From sequence record SRR22947727_820: a stretch of DNA of 64,000 nucleotides; one strand, given 5' to 3'. The notes under the pieces are model-generated. The model was not told where the DNA came from. It saw nothing but the letters and a program-made list of their open reading frames with translations, and did no database searches. A program made the position numbers and the translations under genes. Positions 1-9,666 of this stretch are shown here, one piece after another (position 1 is the stretch's first letter; the number at the start of each line of letters is the position of its first letter).

Positions 1-36
1 TATAGCGGGCTTTTTAATGCGCTATAATTTTTATCC

Positions 37-1680
37 CTAATCTTTTCCAATTGTTTTGGGAGCCAATGGTGGGCTAACCCAATCTATTTTTTCGGAAGCA
101 TAATAATTTACTTTATTCCTGTCAAAAAACAGGGATTGTAAAGCCAATCTTACTTTGTACTCATTCCAGTCTCTTTTTTCAGGGCTGCTCCAAGCCAATT
201 CAGCATATCCTGGTAATCTAGGAAATGCCAGGTATTCTATCTCATCACTATTGCTAATGGTTTCAGACCAGAGTGGGGCCTCTATACCTAGGATCAATTC
301 ACTGGGAACCCCTTTTGCATAAGTTTCCGGCGTCCAAATATAAGCGGTGTCTACCGGCACATAACCCGCCCAGTGCAGTCCATAAGGAGAATCTTCCTTG
401 TACTGCATGTCTAAATAGGCCTTCTTGGCAGGAGATAAAATGACCTTCATGCCTTTTTGTACCGCTATAGCAGCATTTTTCTCACTGGCCCAAAACTGAG
501 CAATGGCAGTGCTGTCTGTGTCTGCAGTAACAATTTCATCCCAGCCAATAGGTGTTTTACCCGCCTGTTTTACAATTTCACTTACCCTATTTACAAATTT
601 AATATAGTCCGGTTTTTTGGTAACATGACTCTCATCTCCCCCTAAATGAAAATAAGGACCAGGACTCATGGCACTAATTTCATTCACAACATCTGTCACA
701 AAGTCATACACTTTTTCATTGTTGGCATCCCAAGTACTGAACCCCACCTCAGTACCAGTGTATAATTCAGGAGTTTTTCCATTGCCATTTAAGAATGGAT
801 AAGCCACAGATGCCGCATTGGTGTGTCCAGGCATATCGACCTCAGGAATGATGGTTATAAAGTGTTTATTCGCATAAGCCACCAAATCTTTGTATTGCGC
901 TTGGGTGTAAAAACCACCAGTACCTCCACCCACTTCCTTTTCGCCACCTACCTCAGTGAGTTTGGGCCATTTTTTAATTTCAATGCGCCATCCTTGGTCA
1001 TCTGTAAGGTGAAGGTGTAAGATATTTATTTTGTAATAGGCCAATAGATCTATATAGCGTTTTACCTCTTGTATCGTAAAAAAATGTCTGGCCACATCTA
1101 ACATAGCCCCTCTAAAAGCATAATTTGGGGCGTCTTGAATGGTTCCTCCAGGAATTTCCCATACCGGCATATTTTTTATTGTTGCAGCTTGGTTAGGAAT
1201 TAATTGTCTTAAAGTTTGAATGCCTCTAAAAAGACCACTTGGCTGCGCCGATGCTATTTTTAAAATACTTTTACCCACCGAAATTTTATAAGATTCTCCC
1301 GTAGTATTCGGATCCATATTATGCTCAGTAGTTTTAACCTCAGTTTCTTCTGTAGGGGTTATTTCAAGTTCAATGGCTGTTCCACGTGGGTTTTCAGGAT
1401 TAATTTCTAGGGACAACCCACTGTGATGAAAGATTTTCTCTGCAGTGAATTGAGCCATATGCAACATAAATGCTGTGGTATCTGAAGTTTTTATATAGGT
1501 GTCTTTATACATTGGAAATCCGTGCTCATCTTCTTCTATTGTCGCGGGGATGGGAATTAATCCAAGCGCTGAAAAGTCTGAAGTTCCCTGTTCAATTTCA
1601 ATCATTGGCTTTTGACAGGCGGTTAAAAAAAGCACCGCGAATAAGATTAAGTAGCGTAGTTTAGAAGTAATAAATGTCAT
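37..1680 (-). CDS. Beta-N-acetylhexosaminidase, GH20, lipoprotein
   Basis: Lipobox LTAC; GH20 motifs RGAMLDVARHF, HLHLTDDQGWR, PEVDMPGH, catalytic HLGGDE, GIEAPLWSE. Confidence 0.93.
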   Translation of the reverse strand: MTFITSKLRYLILFAVLFLTACQKPMIEIEQGTSDFSALGLIPIPATIEEDEHGFPMYKDTYIKTSDTTAFMLHMAQFTAEKIFHHSGLSLEINPENPRGTAIELEITPTEETEVKTTEHNMDPNTTGESYKISVGKSILKIASAQPSGLFRGIQTLRQLIPNQAATIKNMPVWEIPGGTIQDAPNYAFRGAMLDVARHFFTIQEVKRYIDLLAYYKINILHLHLTDDQGWRIEIKKWPKLTEVGGEKEVGGGTGGFYTQAQYKDLVAYANKHFITIIPEVDMPGHTNAASVAYPFLNGNGKTPELYTGTEVGFSTWDANNEKVYDFVTDVVNEISAMSPGPYFHLGGDESHVTKKPDYIKFVNRVSEIVKQAGKTPIGWDEIVTADTDSTAIAQFWASEKNAAIAVQKGMKVILSPAKKAYLDMQYKEDSPYGLHWAGYVPVDTAYIWTPETYAKGVPSELILGIEAPLWSETISNSDEIEYLAFPRLPGYAELAWSSPEKRDWNEYKVRLALQSLFFDRNKVNYYASEKIDWVSPPLAPKTIGKD

Positions 1681-1683
1681 GTA

Positions 1684-1759
1684 ATTGGTATTTGTGGTTG
1701 ATTATTGTGATTGGTATTTGTGGTTTTAGTTTTGATTGGTATTTGTGTTTGATTATTGT
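1684..1759. repeat. Imperfect tandem repeat, 3 x 25-26 bp, core ATTGGTATTTGTG
   Basis: Copies start at 1684, 1710 and 1735, immediately upstream of the GH20 start codon. Confidence 0.9.
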
Positions 1760-1801
1760 AGTAAATGTTTCTGACTTTTATTAATGATGGGTTTTAATTT
1801 C

Positions 1802-2449
1802 TTACTTCAATATTAATGGTTTCAAAACGGATTCCCAAATAGCGTATCCTTTTTGATTCATGTGTAAGCCATCTGAAACAAACAAGCTTTTGTCTAGCGC
1901 ACCTTCTTTAAGCATAGGGTGCCATACATCTGCATAGATGAGTTGCTCTTTCTTAGCAGCGAGCCGTTTGAAAAGGTTATTTAATTGCAAGTACTTTGTT
2001 TTTAAATCCCAGCGACTTATACTCGGTTTAGCGGCTATAAGGACTATCTGAGTTTGTTTGTTGTTTTTCTGAATGGCCCTGATTATTTTTTTTGTGGTGC
2101 GTTTAATTTTTCTTGGGTGTACTCCCGCAAACAAATCATTGTCACCCTCATATATAAAAACTTGATGGGGTTGGAACTGAATGATAAGGGCCTCTTTATG
2201 TCGCCATAAATCTCGTGCTTGAGTCCCACCAAAACCAGTATTTATGATCGTATTTTCTGGAGTTAAATCACTGACAGACGGCCACATTCTCACGCTAGAA
2301 CTACCTGTGAATACAATTGTTTTTCCCTGTTTTTTAAGGTTAGTGTACCTGTTTTGTATTTCTTGAACCTCTGCTTTAAACGGATTTTGTGAAAAGACAT
2401 TAGCATTGCAACAGATGAACAAGCCTAGAACGAGCACTATTTTTTTCAT
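1802..2449 (-). CDS. SGNH/GDSL-family lipase/esterase, secreted
   Basis: Signal peptide; FTGSSS, NTGFGG, YEGDND and DGLH blocks. Confidence 0.88.
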   Translation of the reverse strand: MKKIVLVLGLFICCNANVFSQNPFKAEVQEIQNRYTNLKKQGKTIVFTGSSSVRMWPSVSDLTPENTIINTGFGGTQARDLWRHKEALIIQFQPHQVFIYEGDNDLFAGVHPRKIKRTTKKIIRAIQKNNKQTQIVLIAAKPSISRWDLKTKYLQLNNLFKRLAAKKEQLIYADVWHPMLKEGALDKSLFVSDGLHMNQKGYAIWESVLKPLILK

Positions 2450-2565
2450 GATTCTATATTTTTTTCAATTAAAAATTATTCATTTAAATTACATTTTTTG
2501 AATGAGCACACCTAATTTTTTAGACCTATGACACAGAGACATTAGACTTGTGACATTTAAATCTG

Positions 2566-2573
2566 TAGTTTTG
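2566..2573 (+). promoter_or_regulatory. Bacteroidota sigma70 -7 element (TAGTTTTG) for mazG
   Basis: Matches TAnnTTTG, 37 nt before the ATG. Confidence 0.55.
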
Positions 2574-2610
2574 TTGATCTAAAAAAACACACCCTTTTAA
2601 AACTGCCTCT

Positions 2611-3384
2611 ATGAATTCAAGAGAAGACCAATTAAAAGCCTTTGACAGATTGTTAACCATTATGGATGAGTTGCGTTTAAAATGCCCTTGGGATAAGAAG
2701 CAAACCATGGAAAGTTTACGCTTACTCACTTTAGAAGAAACCTATGAATTGGCCGACGCTATCTTAGATAACGACCTTCAAGAAGTTAAAAAGGAACTGG
2801 GAGATGTTTTGTTGCATATTGTGTTTTATGCCAAAATAGGGAGTGAGTCTGGTATATTTGATATGGGAGATGTGTGTAATGAAATCTGTGATAAACTCAT
2901 TCACAGGCATCCACATATCTATGGAGACGTCACCGTTGAAAATGAAGAAGAGGTCAAGAAAAACTGGGAACAGCTCAAGTTAAAAGAGGGGAATAAAGGG
3001 GTGCTTTCAGGTGTTCCAAAAGGACTTCCTGCTTTAATAAAAGCATATAGAATGCAAGAAAAAGCTGCTGGTGTAGGTTTTGATTGGGAGAAACCTGAGC
3101 AGGTTTGGGAAAAAGTTAAAGAAGAACTCGGAGAGTTTAATGATGAGGTCAAAAAAGGCAATACCGATGCAATGGAAGCAGAGTTTGGAGACCTAATTTT
3201 TTCGATGATTAATTACGCAAGGGCTATAGGGATAAATCCAGAAAACGCCCTAGAAAGAACCAATACAAAGTTTAAAAAGAGATTTATATACTTGGAATCT
3301 CAGGCGCAATTAAAGGGTTTGTCTTTGAGTGATATGTCACTAGAGGAGATGGATGTATTCTGGAATGCAGCTAAAAAATTATAA
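2611..3384 (+). CDS. mazG: Nucleoside triphosphate pyrophosphohydrolase MazG
   Basis: CPWDKKQT, EETYE, ELGDVLLH, RHPHIYG; tandem MazG domains. Confidence 0.95.
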   Translation: MNSREDQLKAFDRLLTIMDELRLKCPWDKKQTMESLRLLTLEETYELADAILDNDLQEVKKELGDVLLHIVFYAKIGSESGIFDMGDVCNEICDKLIHRHPHIYGDVTVENEEEVKKNWEQLKLKEGNKGVLSGVPKGLPALIKAYRMQEKAAGVGFDWEKPEQVWEKVKEELGEFNDEVKKGNTDAMEAEFGDLIFSMINYARAIGINPENALERTNTKFKKRFIYLESQAQLKGLSLSDMSLEEMDVFWNAAKKL

Positions 3385-3405
3385 GGGAGCCCTAAAACTG
3401 TATTA

Positions 3406-3497
3406 CATTTTCAAAAGTATTAAAGATTGCATTTTAATAAGTATTAAAGATTGTATTTTTTATAAGTTTTAAAGATTGCATTTTCATAAGTATTAAA
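3406..3497. repeat. Imperfect tandem repeat, about 3.8 x 24-25 bp (CATTTTCATAAGTATTAAAGATTG)
   Basis: Copies start at 3406, 3430, 3454 and 3479 in the mazG-MATE intergenic region. Confidence 0.92.
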
Positions 3498-3584
3498 TTA
3501 GGAGCGCAAAATGGCGGCCCATCACATTACATTTAATTATGTACATACATTTTTTTAAGATGTTTATAGCTGCTTTAGAAAGCC

Positions 3585-3592
3585 TATATTTG
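3585..3592 (+). promoter_or_regulatory. sigma70 -7 element (TATATTTG) for the MATE gene
   Basis: TAnnTTTG match 19 nt before the TTG start. Confidence 0.6.
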
Positions 3593-3611
3593 CAAGCAAA
3601 ATTTCAACCAT

Positions 3612-4997
3612 TTGTTACAGCAATATACCAAAGAATTTAGATATAATTTAAGCCTTTCTTTTCCAGTAATCCTAGGCCTTTTAGGCCATACTTTTGTTGC
3701 TTTTGCAGACAATATTATGGTGGGACAACTAGGAACCGCCGAACTAGCAGCGGTTTCTTTAGGAAACAGTTTTGTGTTCATAGCCATGTCTTTAGGCATT
3801 GGGTTTTCTACTGCTATTACACCACTAGTAGCGGAATCTGATGGAGCAAAAGACACTGCATCAGGAAAATCAGCACTCAAACACGGATTGGTTTTATGTA
3901 CCGTTTTAGGATTGGCCTTGTTTTTTCTAATCCTACTGTGTAAACCACTCATGTACCATATGAAACAGCCTATTGAGGTTGTTACATTGGCCATGCCTTA
4001 TTTGGATTTGGTCGCTTTTTCTCTGGTGCCATTAATTATTTTTCAGGCTTTGAAGCAGTTTTCAGAGGGACTGTCTCAGACCAAATACCCTATGTATGTA
4101 ACCGTTGTTGCCAACGTGATTAATATTGTTCTTAACTATTTATTGATTTATGGCACTTTTGGTTTCCCTGAAATGGGGATTGTTGGTGCAGCCGTTGGAA
4201 CTTTAGTTTCTAGGGTGGTTATGGTAATTTTACTTTGGGCTATATTTCGTTATAAGGACAAATTTAGGGCCTATGTACACAACATAAACTTTAAGGTTAT
4301 TGAGAAGAGCGTACTGACTAAAATCATCAATTTAGGCTTTCCTTCTGCATTGCAAATGTTTTTTGAGGTAGCCATATTTACATCGGCCATTTGGCTTAGT
4401 GGTGTGTTGGGGAAAAATGCACAAGCGGCCAATCAAATTGCCTTGAACTTGTCTAGTATGACTTTTATGGTGGGTATGGGACTTGGTGTTGCAGCTATGA
4501 TTAGGGTAGGCAATCAGAAAGGATTAAAAGATTTTAATGCACTGCGGAGAATTGCCATGTCTATCTTTTTATTGACCTTTATTCTGGAAGTAGTGTTTGC
4601 TATTTTGTTTTTAGCTTTTAGAGATATATTGCCTACAATTTATCTCAATAACAATGATTTAATCAATGCGGCAGACAATACAGAAGTTATTTTCCTTACC
4701 GGTCAATTACTTTTAGTGGCAGCATTTTTTCAAATTTCAGATGGATTACAAGTAGTGGTCTTGGGTGCATTAAGAGGTTTTCAAGATGTTAAAATACCCA
4801 CCCTAATTACCTTTATCGCTTATTGGATGATTGGTTTTCCTGTGAGTTTTTACCTAGGCTTATACACCCCTTTGGAAAGCGTTGGAATTTGGCTGGGCCT
4901 TTTAGCTGGCCTAACTGCTTCAGCTATTATGTTATATATCCGATTTAATTATCTGACAAAAAAGCATATAGAAGACCTTTCTCTTCCGGTTTCCTAA
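3612..4997 (+). CDS. MATE family efflux transporter (NorM-like)
   Basis: About 12 hydrophobic segments; DNIMVGQLG..ELAAVSLG, RVGNQKG, GALRG motifs; TTG start. Confidence 0.92.
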   Translation: MLQQYTKEFRYNLSLSFPVILGLLGHTFVAFADNIMVGQLGTAELAAVSLGNSFVFIAMSLGIGFSTAITPLVAESDGAKDTASGKSALKHGLVLCTVLGLALFFLILLCKPLMYHMKQPIEVVTLAMPYLDLVAFSLVPLIIFQALKQFSEGLSQTKYPMYVTVVANVINIVLNYLLIYGTFGFPEMGIVGAAVGTLVSRVVMVILLWAIFRYKDKFRAYVHNINFKVIEKSVLTKIINLGFPSALQMFFEVAIFTSAIWLSGVLGKNAQAANQIALNLSSMTFMVGMGLGVAAMIRVGNQKGLKDFNALRRIAMSIFLLTFILEVVFAILFLAFRDILPTIYLNNNDLINAADNTEVIFLTGQLLLVAAFFQISDGLQVVVLGALRGFQDVKIPTLITFIAYWMIGFPVSFYLGLYTPLESVGIWLGLLAGLTASAIMLYIRFNYLTKKHIEDLSLPVS

Positions 4998-5115
4998 GAT
5001 TCTCACTATTTTAGTGCTTTAGTTTAAAATTTAAATTACCACTAAAACAATCAGAAGCAGCATACTTCTGCTCATAGATCAACGTACAGACCAACGTATT
5101 TAAAAATATTATCCT

Positions 5116-5343
5116 ATGGAATTTCCAAAATTTTTACTCGGTGACAACACTGATTTCCCCACCGCTATTTTTGTAATACACACAGACTATCCTAGGTTCA
5201 TTATAAACCTTGAAGACGACAGCGTGGAATGGTTGGAAGATTTTTCTCCAGAAGATGAAAAAGAACTGGAAACGGAAACGGAAGGACTCATTCAAGCAGC
5301 TACTGATTTTTACGACAGAGAGATTTCTAGGTACGAAGTATAA
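5116..5343 (+). CDS. Small acidic hypothetical protein
   Basis: 75-aa ORF with protein-like composition; stop overlaps the next start (TAATG). Confidence 0.75.
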   Translation: MEFPKFLLGDNTDFPTAIFVIHTDYPRFIINLEDDSVEWLEDFSPEDEKELETETEGLIQAATDFYDREISRYEV

Positions 5344-5915
5344 TGCTAGAGCAACTTCAATCCATAGACCGCGCTCTTTTTGTGTTTCTCAATGGTTTGG
5401 GGAGCCCTTCATGGGATGCATTTTGGTTGTTACTCTCAGAAAAGACTATTGGCGCCCCTCTAGTGCTTTTTTTTCTTTGGAAGATGTACCACAAATACGG
5501 TCTTGTAGTTTGTTTAAAAGCGATCCTCGCTTTAGCGATATTAATACTAGCAACAGACCAACTGGCCAACGCGTTTAAGTACGGTTTTGCTAGGCCAAGG
5601 CCTTGTCACGAACCGCTACTAGATGTGGGGCTTAGGCTCGTTAAGGCTCGTTGTGGTGGTCCTTATGGTTTCTTTTCTGCACATGCAGCCAACAGTATGG
5701 CGGTCGCTATATTTATGGGAATGCTCCTCAGACAATTTTGGTCTTGGTTTATTTATGTTGGTGCATTTTTGGCTTTTATGGTCGGTTTTAGTAGAATATA
5801 TTTAGGTGTACATTATCCTTTTGATGTGCTTATTGGATTTTTTATAGGTGCATTCTTTGCCTATCTGGCTCAATTTATTTTTAAGAAACAGGTTTTATTT
5901 AAGCAAGCTAATTAA
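5343..5915 (+). CDS. PAP2-family membrane phosphatase (lipid A or undecaprenyl-PP phosphatase-like)
   Basis: KYGFARPRP, FFSAHA, SRIYLGVHYPFDV motifs. Confidence 0.9.
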   Translation: MLEQLQSIDRALFVFLNGLGSPSWDAFWLLLSEKTIGAPLVLFFLWKMYHKYGLVVCLKAILALAILILATDQLANAFKYGFARPRPCHEPLLDVGLRLVKARCGGPYGFFSAHAANSMAVAIFMGMLLRQFWSWFIYVGAFLAFMVGFSRIYLGVHYPFDVLIGFFIGAFFAYLAQFIFKKQVLFKQAN

Positions 5916-7567
5916 TGCTATCTAAAAAGACATTTATCGTATTATTAACTTTGCTCTTGGCGGTTTATGCTATGGGACTGTTTAGTGGACTGTTAGAAAA
6001 TGATTCTGCACAATTTGCTGTTATGTCTATGAGAATGTTTCAAGAAAGTGATTTTCTCGCGCTATTCAAAGGCACTGAACCCTATCTTGACAAACCACAT
6101 TTACACTATTGGTTGGCTGCTGCTTCATATGCTGTTTTTGGAATTTATGAGTTTTCATATAAGTTGCCAGGTTTTATGGCTTTATTATTAGCTGCTTATA
6201 GTGTGTTTAAACTGGCCCAAATACTGTATTCAGTCCCTGTCGCTAGAGCTGCTACACTTATTTTTTTAAGTGCCCAAACCATTGTTTTATCTGCAATTGA
6301 TCTTAGGACAGATGCAGTTCTTACAGGATTTGTTGCCTTGTCCTTGTGGCAATTCATCGCGTTTGCGGAAAGGCCCAATTGGCGCCCTATGGTTTTTGGA
6401 GCTTTGGCAGCAGCCATGGCTTTTTCTACAAAAGGACATTTGGCTCTTGTCATGATTGGATTTCCTTTAATGGGGCATCTTATTTATAACCGCCAATGGT
6501 CACTGCTCTGGAGAAAAGAAGTGCTTTTAGGAGTAGCTGCATTTGTTTTAGGCATATGTCCTATTTTATATGCTTATTATGTGCAATTTGACCTTCATCC
6601 TGAATTAGTGATTCGGGGTGTTTCAGATAGGTCTGGTATTTTCTTTATCCTTTTTGAGCAGAGTTTTGAGCGCATGAGTGGCCAGGGTATGGGCAGTAAT
6701 AGTCCTGATTATTTTTTCTTTTTCCATACTTTTCTGTGGGCTTTTCTGCCTTTTACGCCCTTGGCGATATATCTCTTTGTAAGGCGGTTTAAAACCCAAG
6801 CAGTTTTGGATAAAACCCAAGGACTTCTATACGGAGCATTGGCTATTTTACTCTTAATAAGCTTTGCCCAATTTAAACTACCGCATTACCTCAATAGTAG
6901 TATTCCCCTTTGGGCGGTATTGGTTGCAGCTAGGGTAGGTGGCCAGGGAAAAATTTGGAAACCCATGCTCCACATACAAAAGCTATTATTCGTCCTTTTG
7001 GGTACTGTAGCTTTGGTTCTATGTATAGGGGTATTTCCCTTTGAATTTTGGGTTTCCTATGTTTTGTTGGGACTTTTTATAGTAGGAAGTATTGCCTGGA
7101 TATTAAGGACTAAAGCGGTTTTTTCTGGCATCCTTCTGACAGGAGTCTTAACAGCTGTTTTTGTAAATGGGATTCTAAATATTGGTTTTTATCCTAAATT
7201 ACTTCAATATCAAGCAGGTAAAACTGCTTCAGAGAAAATCATGCAATCCTCTTACATCTCACCAGATAAGGTGTATAAATGGGGAAACGCACACAGTTGG
7301 GCAATGGATTTTGGCCTAAGATCGCCCTTGAAAATAGTGGATCAGTTAGAGGAACTCAAGGATTTGTCAAACGTTTGGGTGTACCTAAATGGGCTTCAAT
7401 TAGACCAACTTTCTAAAACAGACATACCCTTTAATATTGAATTTTCAGTGCCCTCTTATAGAATTACTAAATTAAAAATAGCCTTTTTAAATCCTGCTAC
7501 AAGAGCCAATACTTTAGAAAAACGCTACTTGGTGTTTTTGCCTGGTTCCGGTAATGACCTAAAGTGA
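5915..7567 (+). CDS. ArnT/PMT-like GT-C fold membrane glycosyltransferase
   Basis: ENDSAQFA and YLDKPHLHYW loop motifs, STKG, FKLPHY; many TM segments. Confidence 0.88.
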   Translation: MLSKKTFIVLLTLLLAVYAMGLFSGLLENDSAQFAVMSMRMFQESDFLALFKGTEPYLDKPHLHYWLAAASYAVFGIYEFSYKLPGFMALLLAAYSVFKLAQILYSVPVARAATLIFLSAQTIVLSAIDLRTDAVLTGFVALSLWQFIAFAERPNWRPMVFGALAAAMAFSTKGHLALVMIGFPLMGHLIYNRQWSLLWRKEVLLGVAAFVLGICPILYAYYVQFDLHPELVIRGVSDRSGIFFILFEQSFERMSGQGMGSNSPDYFFFFHTFLWAFLPFTPLAIYLFVRRFKTQAVLDKTQGLLYGALAILLLISFAQFKLPHYLNSSIPLWAVLVAARVGGQGKIWKPMLHIQKLLFVLLGTVALVLCIGVFPFEFWVSYVLLGLFIVGSIAWILRTKAVFSGILLTGVLTAVFVNGILNIGFYPKLLQYQAGKTASEKIMQSSYISPDKVYKWGNAHSWAMDFGLRSPLKIVDQLEELKDLSNVWVYLNGLQLDQLSKTDIPFNIEFSVPSYRITKLKIAFLNPATRANTLEKRYLVFLPGSGNDLK

Positions 7568-8391
7568 TACACCATTCCAGTTAAAGAGACGGAAGCAGTA
7601 ATAAAAAAGAACAGCAAGCTCATAGCTATGGCTGTTTTGTAATCTAAGGCCAACCATTGTGCGCCATATAAGAAGGTAAGCTCTCTACTGCCTATTCCAC
7701 CAATGGTCAATGGAATAATAGCCACGATAGAAGATATTAAAAAGACCAAAAAATACAGTCCAATATCTTGTGTTTGGTCCAGCGCCCATAATATGCACAA
7801 GGCAGTAATTAATTGAGACAATTGCACTCCTGCAGAATACACAAAGGTTTTCCAGAAAACAGCTAGGGTGTAAGGGTATATTTTCTTTAACCCTATATAG
7901 TAAACTAAAACACCCAAAGGGACAGCCAATAAGAAAAGGTATCTAAATGGGCTGAGTAGCTCGTGAATACCAATAGCCGCTATAAAGGCACTAAAAACGC
8001 ACAAAAGCAGTAGTCCTGACAGCCTGTCTACTAAAAGGGCGCCAAAGATTTTTTTAGTTGGTGTTTGAAATGTTTTTTTTATGACATACCCTTTATAAGC
8101 ATCTCCGCCAATGCCGCCGGGTAGAAACAAGTTGTAAAACATGCCTAATAAGTAGAGCCTTAAATTATACCCGTGGTTTAGTTGTACTCCTATACATTGC
8201 CAGAATAGTTGTAGTCTAAAAGCGGCTATTATTTTTGATAAAAAAAAGAATAAAGTCCCCAAGCCTAAATATCCCCAATGTGCTTTTAATAAATTTTGAG
8301 AGACTTCGCTAAAGGGAATTTTCAAAAAAATAAGGTATAAAAGCACTGCACTGATCCCTATCTTGAGAAATAAAAGCGCTTTTTTTTTCAT
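7525..8391 (-). CDS. Lysylphosphatidylglycerol synthase TM / UPF0104 flippase-like protein
   Basis: FYNLFLPGGIGGD, DRLSGL, PLTIGGIGSRE; start placed at MKKKALL (8391) rather than 8445. Confidence 0.85.
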   Translation of the reverse strand: MKKKALLFLKIGISAVLLYLIFLKIPFSEVSQNLLKAHWGYLGLGTLFFFLSKIIAAFRLQLFWQCIGVQLNHGYNLRLYLLGMFYNLFLPGGIGGDAYKGYVIKKTFQTPTKKIFGALLVDRLSGLLLLCVFSAFIAAIGIHELLSPFRYLFLLAVPLGVLVYYIGLKKIYPYTLAVFWKTFVYSAGVQLSQLITALCILWALDQTQDIGLYFLVFLISSIVAIIPLTIGGIGSRELTFLYGAQWLALDYKTAIAMSLLFFFITASVSLTGMVYHFRSLPEPGKNTK

Positions 8392-8463
8392 GTTTTTAGT
8401 TAATGATTTTGTGTTGGTTTTGATTTTCACACCAATTTGAACCAATCTTTTTTGAGGCTTTAG

Positions 8464-9435
8464 TTATTTTGAAATAGCCGTTCCCCCTTGGGTAACTTTT
8501 CTGATTCTATAAGGTCTTTTCTTTTGAGACTCGTAGTAGGTTCTGATCAGCAATTCCATAACAATTCCGATGGTGAACAATTGAATTCCTGCAAAAATCA
8601 GCATCATTCCCAGGGTGAGTAGGGGCCTAGTTCCTATATCTTCGCCCATAAGTTTAAGGTACACCAAATACGCATTTATACATAGTCCTGCCCCTATTAA
8701 TAGCACCCCAAAAATCCCAAAGAGATGAATGGGTCTTTGGATGTATTTTCTAATAAAAAGCAATAACATCATATCTGCAATTACCTTAAATACACGCTCC
8801 AATCCATATTTGGAGACTCCAGCATGTCTGGCATGATGTTTAACAGGGACTTGTTTTATTTGCGCTCCCTCTAAGAATGCTAAAAGCGTAATGAAGCGGT
8901 GCATTTCGCCGTATAAATTAAGGTCTTTAGCCACATCTTTATGAAAGACTTTTAAGGCACAGCCGTTGTCTTTGATGTCTAATTTAGTGACCCTTCTCAC
9001 CAAGAAGTTGGCAATTTTTGAAGGTATTTTTTTCAGTAAGCTGTCTTTTCGTTTCTGTCTAATACCTGTCACCAAATCATAGCCTCCGTCAATGGCTTCT
9101 TTTAACATATAAGGAATGTCTGAGGGGTCGTTCTGAAGGTCACCATCCATGGTAATAATATAGGTTCCAGAAGCGTAGTCAATTCCTGCAGCAAGGGCCA
9201 AACTTTGGCCGTAATTTTTCTTAAGGGCTATTAAGTGGACTTGATTGTTTGCCAAATCATTGACCACCTTTTTGGTTTGGTCTGTAGAAAAGTCATCTAT
9301 ATAAATAATCTCATATTGATACCCTACAAGGCTTTCGTGAATTTTCTGGGTAAGTAAAAGCACATTGTCTTGTTCGTTATAAAGGGGTACAACAACGGAA
9401 AGGAGTTCCTGAGTGTGAATGTTCATGATGGTCAT
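8464..9435 (-). CDS. GT2 polyprenyl-phosphate glycosyltransferase (ArnC/GtrB-like)
   Basis: SVVVPLYNE, DDFSTD, NYGQS, MDGDLQNDP, two C-terminal TM helices. Confidence 0.92.
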   Translation of the reverse strand: MTIMNIHTQELLSVVVPLYNEQDNVLLLTQKIHESLVGYQYEIIYIDDFSTDQTKKVVNDLANNQVHLIALKKNYGQSLALAAGIDYASGTYIITMDGDLQNDPSDIPYMLKEAIDGGYDLVTGIRQKRKDSLLKKIPSKIANFLVRRVTKLDIKDNGCALKVFHKDVAKDLNLYGEMHRFITLLAFLEGAQIKQVPVKHHARHAGVSKYGLERVFKVIADMMLLLFIRKYIQRPIHLFGIFGVLLIGAGLCINAYLVYLKLMGEDIGTRPLLTLGMMLIFAGIQLFTIGIVMELLIRTYYESQKKRPYRIRKVTQGGTAISK

Positions 9436-9666
9436 TTAGTCCCACAAATTTAAGTCATTTTATAGAATAGCCGTCTTTTTGTAGTATTTCTAAGGACTTT
9501 TTTGAAATTTGACGCTAGGTATAAGGCCTGAAGTACCTTTGAAACCGCTTTTTGTGTATTTAAATAAATTTATTGGAGCTATTTTTTGAGTGAAATAGCC
9601 TTAAAGTTAGGTTTGTTATTGCCCTAATAAATAGGACCTATTTTTGATTAGATTTTAAAATTATAA

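Noticed and set aside
2611..3384. MazG as part of a toxin-antitoxin or anti-phage system
   Set aside because: Ordinary two-domain housekeeping form with no mazEF or defence neighbours.
1684..3497. The two intergenic repeat arrays as mini-CRISPRs
   Set aside because: Units are contiguous or have linkers that resemble each other, there are no unique spacers of 25-40 bp, and no cas genes are present.
8380..8388. A9 tract after the flippase start as a phase-variation switch
   Set aside because: Runs of 8-9 A/T occur in several genes of this AT-rich window and the frame is intact.
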